From Podarcis erhardii (Eukaryota), in NCBI GenBank assembly GCA_964252035.1, contig OZ176202.1: a stretch of 64,000 nucleotides of DNA, one strand, 5' to 3'. The notes under the pieces are model-generated. The model had not been told where the DNA came from, did not search any database, and saw only the letters and a list, made by a program, of their open reading frames with translations. Within the stretch, counting starts at the first letter, position 1; each line of letters begins with the position of its first letter. The position numbers were made by a program, and so were the translations under genes. Shown piece after piece: positions 61,491 to 64,000 of this stretch.

Positions 61491-62653
61491 ACGCAGCTCT
61501 CGTGTTCTTATTGCACAATGCATTTTGGGGAATGGCCCTGTGGTCAGTGAAAGGGAGATCCAAATCTTCTGACTTTTAACAGTTGTGTGGAAAGCGGAAT
61601 TTCTGCAGGTGCAGCCCTTTGCACCCCTTGTCAATCTGTCCCACCAAAATTCCTTCTGCTGCACAACTGTCAAAGATAGCAGATCACCACCCTCCTTTCA
61701 ATATGATCTTCGTGATTTTATGCTTTGAATATTACCTGATGCTGAAGCAGATGTGTGGGTCAATTTCTGTTCTGTGTCGTGATTTATGTTTATGAACATT
61801 GCATTTTTCTGGGGGAACGCAGGGGTACGCATACCCCTAAACATTTTGTGAATCTAAGTTTGGCCTCATTGAGGGGCAGTATTTCAATATGAGTGGGAAA
61901 ATGAGAGTACCCCTTTAAAAAAATTGAGAAAATAAGCACTGTTTATGAGTATTGAGATTTGTTTGCAAATGAAAGGTTTTGCGCTGGGGCAAAAAGCAAG
62001 CAGGAAGAAAAGTAGCCCGACTTGGACTATGTTCAGGAGATAGCAACCTTGGTGTTATCTCCACCAAAAACTGTGGCATTCAGTACAGTTTCTATACAAA
62101 ACAGCCTCTGTTTCTTCTCATGTTTGCAGTTGCAGACAAACACTATCTGGAACTGCACAGAGGCCTTGCAGCAGAAAAATCATGGGTGGGGAAAGGATCA
62201 AGCACCCCAGACCCAGGGGCATAGGAAGGGGGGTGCGGGGGTTGCAGTCCACCCCAAGTGTCACCCTGAGGGGGGGTGACAAAATGGCGGGCGGCACTCA
62301 CTGCGGGTCCTGCAGCACGCCTGAGCCATACATCTCAGGTGTCTGCAGGCTCCGCGCTGTCTGCCTGCTGCCTCTCCCCCGGCTGTAGGGCAGCTGAGGG
62401 CGCGCATGCGCAGATGGGTCATTAGCCCCACCCCTGTGGGTGATTCGCCCCAGCCCTTGGCACCCCACCCCGGGTGCTGAAGAGGTTTCCTACCACTGCC
62501 CAGACTCTCCCCCCACAACTGTGTCTGTTGAAAAATTGTGATCTTCTGAAGCCGTTGGAGTTACGTTTCTCTTATTTTGTTACACTTCTTTAGTTCCGCC
62601 CCAGTAATTAAAATAATGCTTTATTATTATTATTATTTTGGTTTGACTCTTAG

Positions 62654-62731
62654 CTTTCCCTGGATCTCTACCACACAGAAGATGATATTTATAAGCTCTC
62701 ACTGGTGCTCGAGCCAAGGACTTCAAAATCA
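62654..62731 (+). CDS. RASGRP3: RASGRP3 coding exon 9
   Basis: LSLDLYHTEDDIYKLSLVLEPRTSKS, 78 nt, with ttag| and |gtatgt sites. Confidence 0.96.
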
Positions 62732-63672
62732 GTATGTAACTTTTCATGGTTTAGGAGTGTTATAACTTTGTAATATACTTGGGGTTTTTTTAGTACTATT
62801 TACTTTCTTCTTTATTTAAGAAATGCTTCTCTGTCAGGAAGATCCAGCACTACTCCCTCCCCCTTATTAATATTCACAGCAGGATGGGAGGGAATGCAAA
62901 ATCCTTACCTTATTTTTGTATGAGAAATTGGGGAAGGGGAAATGTTGGAAGTAAAATTGCATTGCTGCATGTGCAATTGAAAAACGAAATGTGCTTCCTG
63001 CTTCAGAAGTTTTGCCATTTTTGATTGTCGTTCCTTTTTGTTTATTTATTGCATATTCACCTGTGCCCAACACTCTAGAGTAGAATGTCACTGATTATTC
63101 ACTGATTACCAGGCACCCAGGACAGTGACGGCATTGTTGACGGTCACTGCCTTTCATTGTTGCCGTTTCATTCTTCCATTGTAGTAATATGCAAAGGAAT
63201 TGGAGAGAGAAGGAAACAGAGTCACATTGTTAAAAAAACAAACAGACACAGGGCGGGATTCAACCAAGCGGTTTCTGTAGTGCAGCAGAGGCTTTCCCCC
63301 CTCTCCTCCCCCCTGCCCCCATTGCCAGTTGGAGGGGGGACCCAGGAGAGCGCTTGGGGTGGAGGAGTGGAGATCATTCTGTCAGGCAAGCAGAAACGCT
63401 TGTGCCGATGGAACAATCATATTAGTGTGATGTTGTATCTTCACTGCAGCCATTCCTTCTGGTGCAATGTTATTTTCACTTGTGATCTGTTTCTTAGACT
63501 AAGCTTAAGTATTGCACTACTATAAGGGGTAATGACTTACAGCCTATATCTCATGTGAAAGTTGAAACACAGCTTTGGACTCACTCTGCAGCAAGCTGTG
63601 CATTCTTTGAGAAGTCACCCTTAACTTCATTCACAGTGAGTCTTAAAAATCATTTTTTATTTTGTTTGTTAG

Positions 63673-63789
63673 CAGCCTACCTCTCCAACAACCCCCAACA
63701 AGACAGTGGTGCCACTTGAATGGGCGTCTGGAGTCATACCGAAACCTGACCCAAACCTTATTAACAAACACATCCAAAAACTAGTTGAT
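63673..63789 (+). CDS. RASGRP3: RASGRP3 coding exon 10 (the gene continues beyond the window)
   Basis: [39 protein letters not shown], 117 nt, with a TAGCAG tandem acceptor and donor |gtaagt. Confidence 0.95.
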
Positions 63790-63895
63790 GTAAGTATTTG
63801 AGAGAGTGCTCAGAATGACGTATGTATAGTATGCTCAAGGTATGTATGTATAGTATGTATAGTATGTATGCTCAAGGTATACATGGGTGTCAGTC

Positions 63896-64000
63896 AGGTG
63901 CAGGAAACCTTTGGCCCTCTAGATGTTGCTGAACTACAACTCCTGTCATCCCTGGCGAGGATTGCCAGGGCTGATGAGAGTTGTAGTTGAGCAGCACTTA
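63896..64000. mobile_element. hAT-like fold-back MITE, truncated by the window end
   Basis: caggtgcaggaaacctttggccctctagatg...actacaactcc arm with the mirrored gagttgtagt. Confidence 0.6.

Noticed and set aside
63828-63882. gtatgtatagtatgctcaag short tandem duplications
   Set aside because: Ordinary slippage in low-complexity intronic sequence.

Overview
Eukaryotic genomic DNA from a squamate, most likely a lacertid lizard (Podarcis-type Sauria SINEs), with one 143-nt assembly gap. Two + strand protein-coding genes lie in the same order as in human. The first is the 3' end of LTBP1: the last three coding exons (5790-10845) plus the 3' UTR. The second is the 5' two-thirds of RASGRP3: ten coding exons from the ATG at 49214 to 63789, giving 426 open codons, plus candidate non-coding 5' exons near 24.4 and 25.9 kb. 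RASGRP3 contains a U12-type AT-AC intron (50495-51000), a NAGNAG acceptor and three uORFs just before the start codon. The rest is transposon-rich: 7 Sauria SINEs, 6 Tigger-like MITEs, 2 Tc2-like MITEs, several hAT MITEs, CR1/L2/L1 remnants, a young 5'-truncated L1, two solo LTRs and a young, internally deleted Mag-type Ty3/gypsy element (40641-43351). The most unusual signals are three. (1) The Tc2-like MITEs carry arrays of hairpins whose arms change sequence while staying self-complementary. (2) The gypsy element has an in-frame Gag-PR-partial RT-IN tail fusion and reciprocal LTR lesions. (3) A double-tailed L1-like insertion sits inside a single TSD. All coordinates and identities were read by eye; family names and human comparisons come from recall and need database confirmation.
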